Shown piece by piece: positions 13,962 to 26,600 of a stretch of DNA of 64,000 bases. This stretch comes from the human T2T-CHM13v2.0 reference genome, Homo sapiens, in NCBI RefSeq assembly GCF_009914755.1, contig NC_060945.1. One strand, written 5' to 3'. A program made the position numbers and the translations under genes. Position 1 is the first letter of the stretch, and every line of letters starts with the position of its first letter. Under the pieces are notes generated by a model. The model was not told the DNA's origin. It saw only the letters and a list, made by a program, of their open reading frames with translations, and searched no databases.

Positions 13962-16110
13962 TAAAATCATGTATATGCAATAGATCAATATTAACTGCAT
14001 TTTTGTCAGATTACTCTAAACAACATTACACATATACATCCTCTGTTATCTAATCTTAAAATAAGTAGAAATTTTACTTTATTTATGTGATTATTTTTCT
14101 ATTTAAGCAAACTTCAAGTTACGTCTAGTCACTAAAAATACTAAAGGCCACATTTTGTAAGTGATGTCTTATTTTTATGATAATGTTTCTTGTTTAACTT
14201 AAACATTATTATTATTTTTACTTATTTTAGATGGAGCCGGACTGTGTAGAACAAATAATTAGAGAAACAAAGAGAAGTACGTTGCCAAAATTTATTAATG
14301 AAATTTAGGTTTATTTTAGAAATAAAGTGTAAAAAGCAAATGGCATTCCTTTTCATTCTTGGGTTAGTAGATACTACATCAATATTTTTTTTCTTACACA
14401 CATCTAATGAAAGATGTGAAAACAGAAACTTTCACAGAGAAGACTGTACTTATACACCATAAATTCATCATGTTCCAAAGCTTAAACAGTTCCCAAGAAG
14501 TCTGTGCATCTCTTTTTCACTGGCTCTACACTTTCTTAAGTTTTGCCATCCTCATGGAACTGTCAGCCAGCACACTGAAACGATTCTCAGAAAACAAAAG
14601 CATCATCAAGTTCTCAGGGTTTCGGTAGAGATTGAAGGCCAACAGACCTAAGACTCATTCAGAAATACTTAGCTGAGCAATAACCCTTCATAAGCAGTCA
14701 CTTGACAGGTGACATTTTAAATCTCCTGTCAATTACTATGTCATTGGCTTACACTTGCTCTCAGGAAAAGTTCCAAATTTTTCACCATGAAATAAAAACA
14801 CCCATATCAAAGTAATTCTCGTCAAGTTACTCAGCCTTGTCTCTCGCCACTTACTGCACTCTGTCCTTTGCTCTAGCACCAAACTGGATGGAGTGGAACT
14901 CTGCAGGGCTCTTCCTCACCTCTGGCTCTTTGCCTTCCCCTCTTCCCTCTATCTGGGAAGCTTTTTCTTGTCCTTCAGGTATCAACCTATGTTATCTCCT
15001 CCACCAGAAAGCCCATGATATTGACATAAAAGTGGGTAGATGTCCCTTCTATGTGTTCCAGTAGTGCCCTGCTGTATACCTGTCATGATATCTTTGACTC
15101 TATATGGACATTGCCTGCCTGTCTGTTTTTTTAGGTTATAGCATATGACTGTTGGGAGGTGGACCATGCCATCTTCATCTTGTAATTCCAGTGCTGGTTC
15201 TAGTACCTTAGCATGTGGCTGTTGATTACATGAATGAAGAATGAAAAACTCTGATATTTAAACACAATTAGAATTAATGCCATGTGTAAATTATTAAATA
15301 GTAATTTTGTATTGTAAATGCACATACATATTTCTCATTCTTATTAACTCTGATAAAGTTATCAACTCTTTAGTTTTTAAACGCACACTTAGTCAACTGA
15401 AGTGTTTTAAGTAAAGAACATAATTCTTTATTTTTCTTTCCAGCTGCTGCTGTGTTGGACACTTGCTCCCATCTACTTTCTTCTCTAGAATCCACGGGTA
15501 AGCCACATCTAACGAAGAGAATATTTAACCATAATGTCTTAAAGAAAAATTGTATGATTTAAAAGATTATAAAACTTTATTACTGGGCTATTTACACATT
15601 TTAGTTGTTTCTCATAAAATGTATAACATTACAATATTTACTGAAGTAGGATATTTTTGTATGATATATATGATGATAATTTATAGGGTATTTTAAATGA
15701 TGTTTTTTAGCATCCTTAAGTTTTAAGTGGATCTTGCAAATGAAAACCAGTATTATTGAGCTTGACATACTCAAATTGCCCAAATGTCAGCTGTTTAAAC
15801 AACCAAGTCATCATTGATACTTTAGTAAAGGTTAGTAAAGGTCATCGAAGGCTTATTTGCATTTTACAGTTTTTATTACTTAGGAGAGTTAAGGAGTACC
15901 TGCCAGGTTTGTCCATGCTAATGTTATGATTTTCTTTTTGTAGTTCAACCGTATTTTGTATGGAGATACTTTGAGGCTCTGTAAATATCTTGTTACTCCT
16001 CAGAACCCACTAGATTTAGCATTTCATGGATGACTTGTGTTTGAACAATTATTACTTTGATGGTTGCCAGATGATTATTTTCTTATTGTCTTCTTTGTTC
16101 TACATGGAGA

Positions 16111-16125
16111 AATAAAACCAATAAA
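16111..16125 (+). terminator. Candidate polyadenylation signals of the ANKRD pseudogene
   Basis: Two AATAAA hexamers (16111 and 16120) about 550 nt after the terminal stop codon. Confidence 0.4.
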
Positions 16126-16884
16126 TAAGGGAGAAGGAAAGCTCTTGATTCTGATGCTTCAATTCCCCAAGATTAGGCCAGTAGTAGACATTCCAAGCTG
16201 ACTTTATGTCTCTTTGATTTGTCTCCATTACTCTGTCAGCACTTTTTTAATTTCTGGCAGAAGATGTTCTAAGCTCATCTTGTATTTTCTCTGCCCCAGA
16301 TCTGGAATGAGTAATTTTTTTTAGAAGCAGAGGTGGAGCCAATGAGGAAGCACAGGTGAGCCCTCCCCAGTGTGTACTCACTGGTCCCCAACAGAAGAAC
16401 CGCTGCCACATCCACTGAGGTACCAGGAAACTAGCAAATGGCCTTCTGGCTGTCTGGAGAGAGTCCTCATGTGGTCCCTGGCTGAGCCTCAGAGGTTCTG
16501 GATTAGTCTTCCTGTAGCCTCTGTGTTGTGTCTTTAGATCGGGGCTATATGGGAAGGGCCCTGGGAGACCCAACAGCACAGTGTGTCTCATCTGCCAAAC
16601 GTCCCTCCCTTCCTCACACTCTGACACTCAGGAATAGGGTAGATGGTGTGTCCAGGCAGTGTCAGGCCACCTCACTTTCTCCTTTGAGACGGGCCCAGAG
16701 GGCCTTTGGGGTGAGTGTGGAGCTGGGAACCTGGAGCCTGAGGCCAACTGTCTCTCCCTGTGTCTTGGAGGAAAGGCCATGTCTCAAAAAAACCCCCAGG
16801 GCCTGACCTCTGGGTACACATGCAGGGAGGGAGGGTCTATGAGCTGAGGGGGACATTGTAATGAGACTTTGAGCCCCGTTGCTC

Positions 16885-17520
16885 ATGGGCCTGGTCAGCG
16901 GACCATGGTCAGAGATGACCTGGTCATCAGGACCTAGTCATGTGGGACCTGATCAGCAGGGGCCTGGTTAGTGGCGGCCTCCTCAGTAAAGTCCTCATCA
17001 GTGGGGACCTGGTGACCTAATCATTGGAAGCCTGGTCAGTGGGGGGACCTAGTCAGTGGTGGCCTTATTAGTGGGGCCTGATCAGTTGGAACATAAACAA
17101 TGAAAAACTGGTTGGTGAGGCATATACAGTATACCAGAGGCCTGGTCAGTGTGGGGCCTTAGTGGCTTGGAGCCTGGTCAATGAGGGTCTGGTCAGAGGG
17201 GGCTCGGTCAGCTAGGGACTCATCCATGGAGAATTGTTCAGTGGGGGGTTGGGTCAGCAGCAACCTGGTAAATTGTGGTCTTGTCAGTGGGAACCCAGTC
17301 TGGTCAGTGGGGACCAGGTCAGTGGAAAATTGGTCAGTGGGGTCTGGTCCATGAGGCCTATTAAGTGTGGGCCTGGTTAGGAAGACATGGTCAGTGGGGA
17401 CTTGATCAGTGGGACCTGGTCAATGGAGGAGTGGTCATTAGGGGCCTCATCACTCATCACTGGGAACCTGGTCAGGGATGATTGGTCAGTACGTGGCCTG
17501 CTGGCCACTATGTGACCTTA
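16885..17520 (+). repeat. Degenerate G-rich minisatellite, ~15-17 bp unit (gggg[a/c]cctggtcagt), copy 1
   Basis: Dozens of ctggtcagtgggg / gacctggtc motifs in tandem. Confidence 0.8.
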
Positions 17521-18776
17521 GGCAGGGGGCTTTTCTCTGTCACCTCCTTGCCTCCATCTGCAGGGAAGGTGAGTCAGGGCACCCTAGAGGGTGGCTGGAA
17601 AGAGAAGGTGAGAAGATGTGTTGAATCCAATACTGCTTGACAAACCTACAACTTTACAAATGACCTGTGTTCCACCTAGAGAGGGTGCCAGCCCTCTCAG
17701 CAGTATGCAGTGCCTCTCCTCTCTCTTCATCCCCAGGACCACCATGGGTGGGGAGGGCAGAGATTGGGGAGCACCTATAGAGGCTCTAATGTTCTAAGGT
17801 GAAAGTGATGAGGACCTGGGTGCACCCATGAGTGGAGAAGCTAGGCCTGTCCAGAGAAGCAAGACAAACACACACATACACGCGCACACACACACAGGCA
17901 CACATGCGTACACAAACACATTGTATATACACGTCAGTTCAAGGGATAGAGGACACTGACTCTGAGCCCTGTTGACCCAAGCAGGCTCCCGTTGTGGTGG
18001 GTTGTCAACCCACAATATCACTCTTCCTGAGTCCCCATCGCCTCTGTGTTGTGGAGAAGTTAGAGACACACAGCAGTGTCTGTGAGTAGCTCTGCATGAA
18101 GGACCATTTTCTAGATGACAGACACATCTCAACACAGCTCACTGATCAGACTCAGGTGAGTGGGACCTGCTCTCCTCTCTTCCTCCTGGCTTGGGGACAG
18201 TCACTATCAGGTGGGTGGTTTTGGCCTCTGGGCAGCTACTGAGGGTAATCTCTGAACACTCACCGGGTGCCTGTTTTGTGCTGACAGTCGTCTCATTCAT
18301 CCTCACAGCAATTCCATTCTGCATTTTTCTCATCACCCCCCTGACCACCCAAGACAACCCCATCAGGGCCCTGTCACCAGGCCCAGTCCAGTTCCATGAT
18401 AACCAAGACACAGGTCCAGAGACAACCGTCCTGCATCGTGCCTGCATCTGATCCCCCTTGGTGGGTAGTGACCAGCACAACATGGAAGAAGCCAGGGCAG
18501 CATGCAGCTCTGCAGCCCCAGATGGCTCCTGGGCCTTGGGAAGTCATTCTTAAAAGGGAAGCTGGTCACTTTGAGGTCCCTGAAAGGAAGGGTAAACGTA
18601 CATCCCAAAAGCCCTGGCAGCCGGCAGCCAGCAGCCAGCAGCATGGCATACATCTTCTCACCCAACCTGTGTGACAGAGGCCCCCTCCTGGAACACAAGC
18701 CCCATACCTAAAGCATCCTGTCCCAGTCGGACCTCATCCTGAGCCCTGGGAGGGGAGGGGCACCATGGGTTCCCTG

Positions 18777-19391
18777 CAGCAGCCAGGATTACCACCCAGG
18801 GGACTCGGCCTTCTGTGGCCCTGGCCAGACTTAGAATTTGGCCCAAGACAAGCTTACTCGGAGCAACTTCTCAGTACCTGGGGCCTGTGCATGCCAGGTA
18901 AGGACAAGCTGGCTCAAAGAGCAACCAGCTACCTCTGCAAGGGTGTGCCAGGAGCAGGTGGAGCAGTCACCAACCTCACCCACTCAAGGAAACAGGGATG
19001 GCCAGGTTCCCACAGTCTGAATGACCACCACCTGACAGCTGATGGAGTGGAGGCCTGAGGAAAAGCAGATGGCACTGGGGTTCTACCTCCAGGGCAGAGT
19101 AACTGATTTACCCTGGCTGGCAGGGAGTGACGTTGGTGGCTGGTCTATTGGCTCCTGGCACACACTTGCAGAGGTGGCTGGTTGCTCTTTGAGCCAGCTT
19201 GGCTTTGCCTGGGATGCATAGGACTCAGTGCAACAAATGTGCTGCAAATGGAGCCACATAGAGGAAAGGAGCAGCAGGCTCAGGAGCGGGGTGTGTGCCA
19301 CCTTTGGGGCTCCAGTCCATGCATAGGGGCTTCTACAGCACTGTGGGCTTCTCAGGTGCCAAGAGGCAGAACACAGGCCATCTGGAGGATG
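18777..19391 (+). repeat. Single copy of the hairpin-containing ~0.7-kb unit upstream of SNX18P
   Basis: ~100-bp inverted arms at ~18880-18985 and ~19122-19225; the same unit is tandemly repeated at 45.2-47.8 kb. Confidence 0.85.
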
Positions 19392-20605
19392 ACTCTGGTA
19401 AGAGCTTCCTTGGGTATGTGGATGATGTCCAGAATGTTGGCCTGGTGTCCCTGAGACAGCACTAACAGGTCCATGACTGGGTCCAGGTCCTGCCTGGGCT
19501 GATTGGCAAAGAGCTCATTGACAGTGTGGAATGCATCTATGGTGAAGTGGATCTATGTTCAAGTGCAGAAAGGGCCCAATCTGGTAGATGAACCACACAA
19601 CCAGCGTCTGGGTGCAGGCACAGTGCCACATTTTTTGTCACTTCCTGATGTACCCCACCAGCACTGAAGAGACAGCCTGGAGACAGGGCAAGAGGAAGGC
19701 TGAGAAGGATGAGATGGTGAGTGCCAGATTCTTCCTGGCCCTGAGCCCTCCCTCAGAGTGACACTCAACCTTTAGGAGTGGGAGAGCAAGATTGACGGCT
19801 TCAAGTGCTTCACCAAGAAGATGGACAACAGGGCTCTCAGTTCAACTTCACAGCCAATGAGTGGTGACAGGCTTTAAGAAAGAGCATCTTCCACATTGTC
19901 AGTGAGCTCTTTGCCAATCAGTCCAGGCAGGACCCCGACCCAGCCATGGGCCTGTTAGTGCTGTCTCAGGGACACAAGACCAACATCTTGGACATCATCC
20001 AGATACACAAGGAAGCTCTTACCAAAGTCATGGAGAGCAGGCAACATGTGGCAGAAGGGAATACAGAGGTGCAGAGGCTGATGATGTCAGAATCACAGGA
20101 ACAGGATTTCTTTGGCTACTTTGGCTGAAATTCACCACTTCCATCCAATTCCAGTGAGAGACATGGACTCACAGATGCAGCATTTCTTGCAACAAGAGAT
20201 ACTACTTTTTCAAAAAGTCACTGAGGAATTGATAGTGTTGAATGACTCAATACTCAATCGTGGACTGTTTCCAGTTCAAGGATACTTTCTACAGCAGAAT
20301 AATAACACTAGCAAAGAGCTAGTACAAGGATGGTTTTGTGCTCAACTGAAATCCAGCTGAATACAGAATTGTATAGGAAACAGTTAATATGGTGATAGAA
20401 TAGAAACAGTAGCAAATGTGAACTAAATCATGCTATGAATGCCTAAACTACTGCTGTAACTTTTGGAAAAATGATAATACCACTTTATTGCTTTTTGAAG
20501 AATGAATATCTTAGTGTATATGCTCTAGACCTCAAACCCTATAAAGATTCTCAAAGAAGTTGGCTGGATAAAGCCTACTGTGGATGTCTTTATATTCAAA
20601 GATTG
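19355..20605 (+). pseudogene. SNX18P: SNX18 processed pseudogene (end of PX domain, BAR domain, 3'UTR), copy 1, with internal deletion and an inverted insertion
   Basis: Frames give [58 protein letters not shown] and ATLAEIHHFH...SQMQHFLQQEI, matching SNX18; intronless; frameshifted. Confidence 0.9.
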
Positions 20606-20607
20606 AT

Positions 20608-23600
20608 GATGCAATTTGAATATGTGTCTCCTCCGAATCTCATGTTGAATTATATTTCCTAATGTGGAAGGTGGATCCTGGCATAACGTAATTGAATTAT
20701 GAAGGCAAATTTCTCATGAATGGTTCAGCACCATCCCCTTGTACCGTCCTCACAATAATGAGTGACTTCTCATGAGGTCTGGTCACTGAAAACTCTATGT
20801 CACCTCCCTACTCTCCGTGTTTTCCCCTTGCCATGTGAGACAACTAATTCTTTCTTTGCCTTCCATGATTATTGAAAGATATCTGAGGCCTCCTAGAAGC
20901 AGAAGCACTGTGCTTAGAACCATGAGACAATTAAACCTATTTTTCAAAATAAATCATACAGAAAATGGCAAATGAGGACTGGAACACTGCTATAAAGATA
21001 CCTGGAAATGTGGAAGCAGCTTTGGAACCCGGTAATGGACGGAGGTTGGAAGAGTTTGGAAGGCTCAAAAGAAGACAGATAGATGAGAAAACTTTTGGAC
21101 CATCTTAGATTCTGGCTCAATTGTTGTGACAAAAATCCTGACAGAAACATGGACAATGAAGACCAGACTGAGGAGGTCTCAGAGAGAAATAAGCTTTCTG
21201 GAAAATGTCTTTATTTTGGATATGGAAAGCTTACACAATGCCTGTACCATCATTGTACCTTAGAAGCAGTGAACTTGCTTTTTTCAGAGACTCATAGGCA
21301 AAAGAGACTGCAGCCTTGACCCAGATGAGATTTGGACTTTGTAACTTTGAGTTAATCCTGAAATGAGTTAAGACTTTGGGAGACTGCTGGCAAGGCATGA
21401 TTGTATTTTGATGTGAGAAGGACATGAGATTCATGGGGTCAGGGACAGAATAATACGGTTTTTCTCTATGTCCCAACCAAAATTCATATGGAATTATATT
21501 TTGTAATGTTAGAGGCGGGGCCTAGGTGGAAAAAGATTTAGTCATAAAATGGTGCAGGTAGATACTTCACGAATGATAAAGGACCATCACCTTGATGCTA
21601 TCCTCCTGATAGTGAGTGACTTCTCATGAGATCTGGTTGTTTAACAGGCTGTGGAACCTCTTTCCTCACTCTGTCTTCCTCCTACTCCTGCTTTAGGAGA
21701 CATCTCATTGTCCCTTGGCTTTCTGATATAACGAGGAGTCTTCCTGATTCCTCCCAGAAACAGAAGACACAATGATTCCTTCACAGCTTGCAGAAACATG
21801 AGTCAATTACATGTCTTTTATTTACAATAATACAGAAAATTAGAACTGCAGAGAGGAGCTGTGAAGTGTCTTCAAGGCCTTTTTCCCTTTGTCTTGGCTA
21901 TTAGCACAGGGCTTCTTTATATGCAAATTTCTGAAATCTTCTTGAATGTTTCCCCTTAAATGGGATTTTTGTTATTGCTACCTAGCCAACCTGCTATACA
22001 GATAGCTAAAAAAGTAGAAGCAGGCTCAATAGTGGGTAGCAAACAAAGATTGGAAGGGCTTGGAGGGATTAGAGTACTAGAGGGAGTGGGAGGGAGTGAT
22101 TTAATCATGGATGGGTGGGGGTGTATGTGGAAGGGAAAAAGGGGTGGGTAGGGTGGGAGGGAGTAGACTGGCTGTATGGTGGTGGGAAGGTGGTGGGTAG
22201 TAGGAAGGGGGAGTAGCCTGCTGCAGAGGCAGAGCCTCATGGAAAATGCCTACTGGGGAAGTGCACCTGTGGCTTTGCAGGTCTGAGCCCCCATGGCTGC
22301 TCTCATAGATTGGACTAGTGTTGAGTGCCTGTAGCTTTTCCACACGGAGGGTGCAAGCTGTTGGTGGGTCTATGTATCTGGGGTCTGGAGGGTGGTAGCA
22401 TGGGGGCTCCAAGTCCATATTTTCCTTCTGCACTGCCCTAGTAGAGGTTTCCCAAGAACTCTTCGTCTGCAGGAGGCTACTGCATGGAAACAGTAGGAGG
22501 TGGGTGTGGGAGGCAGATCCTTCACCAATGGTTAGGCAACGTCTTCTTGATGCTGTCCTCATGATAGTGTGTTCTCATGAGATCTGGTTATATAACGGGG
22601 TGGCAACTCTTTCCTCTCGCAGTCTTGCTTCTACTCCTGCCATTTGAAATATCTCATTGCCCCTTGGCCTTCTGGTATGATTGGGAGGCTTCCTGATCTG
22701 ATCCTCCCAGAAGCAGAAGCCACTAAGCTTCCTTTACAGCCTGCTGTATAGTGAGCCAATTAAACCTCTTTTCTTTATGATCATACAGAAAATCAGTGCT
22801 ATGAAGTGGAGCCATGAAATGCCTTCAAGGCCCTTTCCCCTTTGTCTTGGCAACCAGCACTCAGCTTCTTTTCATGCAAATATCTGAAGCCTTCGTGAAT
22901 TTTCCCCCGAAAATGGACTTTTCTGTTTTACCACATTGCCAGGCTCTGATAAAGATAGCTGACAATGTAGAACCAGGTTCAGAAGTGAGTAAAAGACAGA
23001 GGTCAGAAGAATTGGGAAAGCTTAGAAGACAGCAAGATGAGGAAAATATTGGACCACTATAGAGAATTGTTAAATACTTGTGATTAGAAGGCTGACAAAA
23101 GTTTAAACACTGAAGTCCAGACTTAAAAGGTCTCAGATGAAAATGAGGAATTTCCTATTAATAGAAGCCAAGATTACATTTGATTGGCCTTAGCAAAGAA
23201 GCTGGCTGCACGGGGACCCTGCCCTGGAGATCTGTGAAACTAGGAACTTAGGGGTGATGATTTAGGATGTATTTGGTGAAATGAACATCTAGGCAGCATA
23301 ACACAAGAGGTGACCTGTCCGCATTGAACAGCCTGTGTTCTTAAGGGTGACCTAAGAAATGACTTCAAGTTGGAACTTCAAGTGGAGATCTAAAGTTTGG
23401 AAAATTTGGAGCCTGGCCAAGTGGTCAAAAAGAAAAGCCGATTTTGAGGGGGAAATTTCAAGAAGGCTTAGGGTATTTGCATAAAAAGGAACCCAGTGCA
23501 AATAGCCAAGACAGTTTGAAACCGGCCTTGAAGGTATTTTAGAGAAGTCTGCAGCAGCCCTTGCTGTCACAGGCCCCTTGGCCTAGGAGAGAAGAATGGT

Positions 23601-26600
23601 TTCCTACGCCAGTCCCATGGCCCTGCTGCTGTGTTCAACCGCAGGACACTGCTGCCTGCATCTGTGCAGCTCCAGCACCAGCCATGGCTGAAAGACATAC
23701 AGGTACAGCTCGGGTCATTGCTTCAGAGGTGGCTCAAAGTCTTGAAGGTTTCCATATAGTGTTAAGCCAGTAGGTGCACAGAGAAAGAGACTAGAGGCTT
23801 GGGAGCTCCCGTCTAGACTCCAGAAGATGTACAGAAAATCCTGGATGTTCAGGAAGAAGCTTTTCCAAGAGGCAGAGCCTTATGGGGAACCTCTACTAGG
23901 GGAGCAAAGAAGGGACATATAAGGTTGAAGCCCCCACACAGGGAGGCATCACTCTCTAAACCCCAGATTCATAGACCCACAAACAGCTTGCACCCCTGGT
24001 GTGGAAAAGCTATGGGCACTCAACAACAGCCCTGTCCATGAGAGACAGCCACTGAGGCTGAACGCTGTAAAACCACAGGGGCAGATCTGCCCAAGGCCTT
24101 GGGAGCTCAGCCCTCACAGCCCTGTGCCATGGATATGGGACAAGGATTCAAAAATGATGATTTTGGAGCTGTAGCATTGAGTGACTGGCCTGCTGGGTTT
24201 TGGACATTTATGTATCCTATGAGTCCCTTCTGGGTTTTGTGCTTCTTTCTAGGAATTATTTTTTTCTGTTGGCTGGGAATGCTTACCCATTGCCTGTACA
24301 ATCCTTGTACCTTGGAAGTAGTAAATTTTCTTTATAATTCAGTGACTTATGGGCATAAGGGACTGTAAACTTGTCTCAGATAAGACTCTGGGCTTTGGGC
24401 CTTTGAGTAAATGCTGGAATGAGTTAAGATTTGAGAGACTCTAGGGAAGGCATCATTGCATTTTGCAATGTGAGAAAGACATGAACTTTGGGGGACCAGG
24501 GACAGAATAATATGTTTTGGCTCTCTCTCTCTACCAAAGCTCATGTGGAATATTAATGGGAAATGTTAAAAGTGGGGGCTGGTGGAAGGTGATTTCATCA
24601 TGGTGAAGAGTGGAGGTTGGATGGTTGGGGGGCGGGGAGGGTTGGAGGGATTGGGGGGCGAGGAGGGTTGGAGGGGATTGGGGGTTGGGAGGGTTGGAGG
24701 GGATTGTGGTGGGGTTGGGGATGAAAGGCAGGGGTGGGGGTTGATCCTTCACAAATGGTTAAACACCATCTCCTTAATGCTGTCCTTCTGATAGTGAGTT
24801 CTCTTCATGATTTTGGAGCTGTGAGATTGAATGAACACTGACCTACTGTATTTTGGATGTCCACTGGGCCTGTGGTCCCATTAGTGTTATTTTTCTTGGA
24901 AATTTCTTTCCTTTGGATTGAGAAAGCTTACCCAGTACCTGTACCATCATTGTACCTTGAAAGAAACAAACACCCTTTTAACTTCAGGGAATCATAGGCA
25001 GAAGAAACTGTAGCGTTGTCTCAGATGAGACTTTGAACTTTTTACATTTGAGTTAATGCAGGAAGGAGTTAAGGCTTTTGGAAACTTTTGAAAAGGTATG
25101 AATGTATTTTATTCTGTGAGAAGGATATGAGATTTGGGGGGTCAAGGTCAGCATAATATGATTTGGCTGTGTGCCCCTGGAAAAACTCATGTGGAATTGT
25201 AATGCCAAATGTTGGAAGCAGGACCAGGTGGGAGATTATTTAATCATGGATGGGAGGGGTAGGGGTGGAAAAAAATGGGGTGGGTAGGGTGGGGAAGAGT
25301 AGGCTGGCTGTAGGGTGGTGGGAGGGTGGTGGGTAGTAGGAAGGGGGAGTAGACTGCTGCAGAGGCAGAGGCTCATGGAAACCTCTACCAGGGCAGTGTG
25401 CCTGTGGCTTTGCAGGCTTTAGCTCCCATGGCTTCTCTCATGGGCTGGGCTGGTGTTGAGTGCCTATCACTTTTCCATACTGAGGGTGTGAACTGTTGGT
25501 AGGTCTATGAATCTGGGGTCTAGAGGATGGTGGCCTCCTGCATAGTCACTCAAAGCCCTTATTTTCCTTCCGCACTGCCATAGTACAGGATTCCCAAGAG
25601 CCTCTGCCTCTGCAGCAGGCTTCTGTCTGGAACACTAGGAGGTGGAGCTGTGTTGGGGGGCGGATCCTTCACCAATGGTTAAGCACCATCTTCTTGATGC
25701 TGACCTAGTGATAGTGAGTCCTCATGAGATCTGGTTATATAACGGTGTGGCACTTCTTTCCTCTCTCAGCCTTGCTCTTACTCCTGCCGTATGAAACATT
25801 TCATTGCTGTTTTCCTACTGGTATGATTGGGAGGCTTCCTGAGTCCTCCCAGAAGCAGAAGCCACTATGCTTTCTTTACAGCCTGCAGAACCATGAGCCA
25901 ATTAAACCCCTTTTCATTATGATCATACAGAAAATAAAGTACTGTGAAGTGGAGCTATGAAATATCTGCAATGACATTTCCCCATCGTCTTGGCTATTAG
26001 CACTGGACTTCTTTTTAATGCAAATATCTGAAGCCTTTTGAAGTTTCCCCCTGAAAATGGACTTCTTTTTCTTCTACATTGCCAGGCTGCAATAAAGATA
26101 GCTGAAAATGTAAAGCAGGTTCAGAAGTGGGTAACAGCCAGAGGTTGGAGAGTTTGGAGAGCTTGAAAGAAGACAGGAAGATGAAAGAAATTTTGGACCA
26201 TAGTAGGCACTTGTTGAATAGTTGTGATTAAAAGGCTGGCAGAAGGATGGACAGTGAAGGCCAGGCTTACAAGGTCTCAGATGAAAATGAGGAAATTACT
26301 GGGAACAGGAGCCAAGGTTACTTTTGTTTTGCTATAGCAAAGAACATGGCTGCAGGGCGACCTTGCCCTCGAGATCTGTGAAACTTTGAACTTGAGGGTG
26401 ATGATTTAGTACATATCTGGTGGAATGAACTTCTAGGCAGCATAGCACAAGGGGGATCCTGTCTGCATCAAACAGCCTGTGCTGTTGTGTGACCGAGGTT
26501 ATGTGTGACCGAGGAAATGACCTCAAGTTGGAACTTATATTTAAAAATGACAAGCAGAGCTCAAAAGTTTGGAACATTTGCAGCCTGGCCAAGTGGTCAA

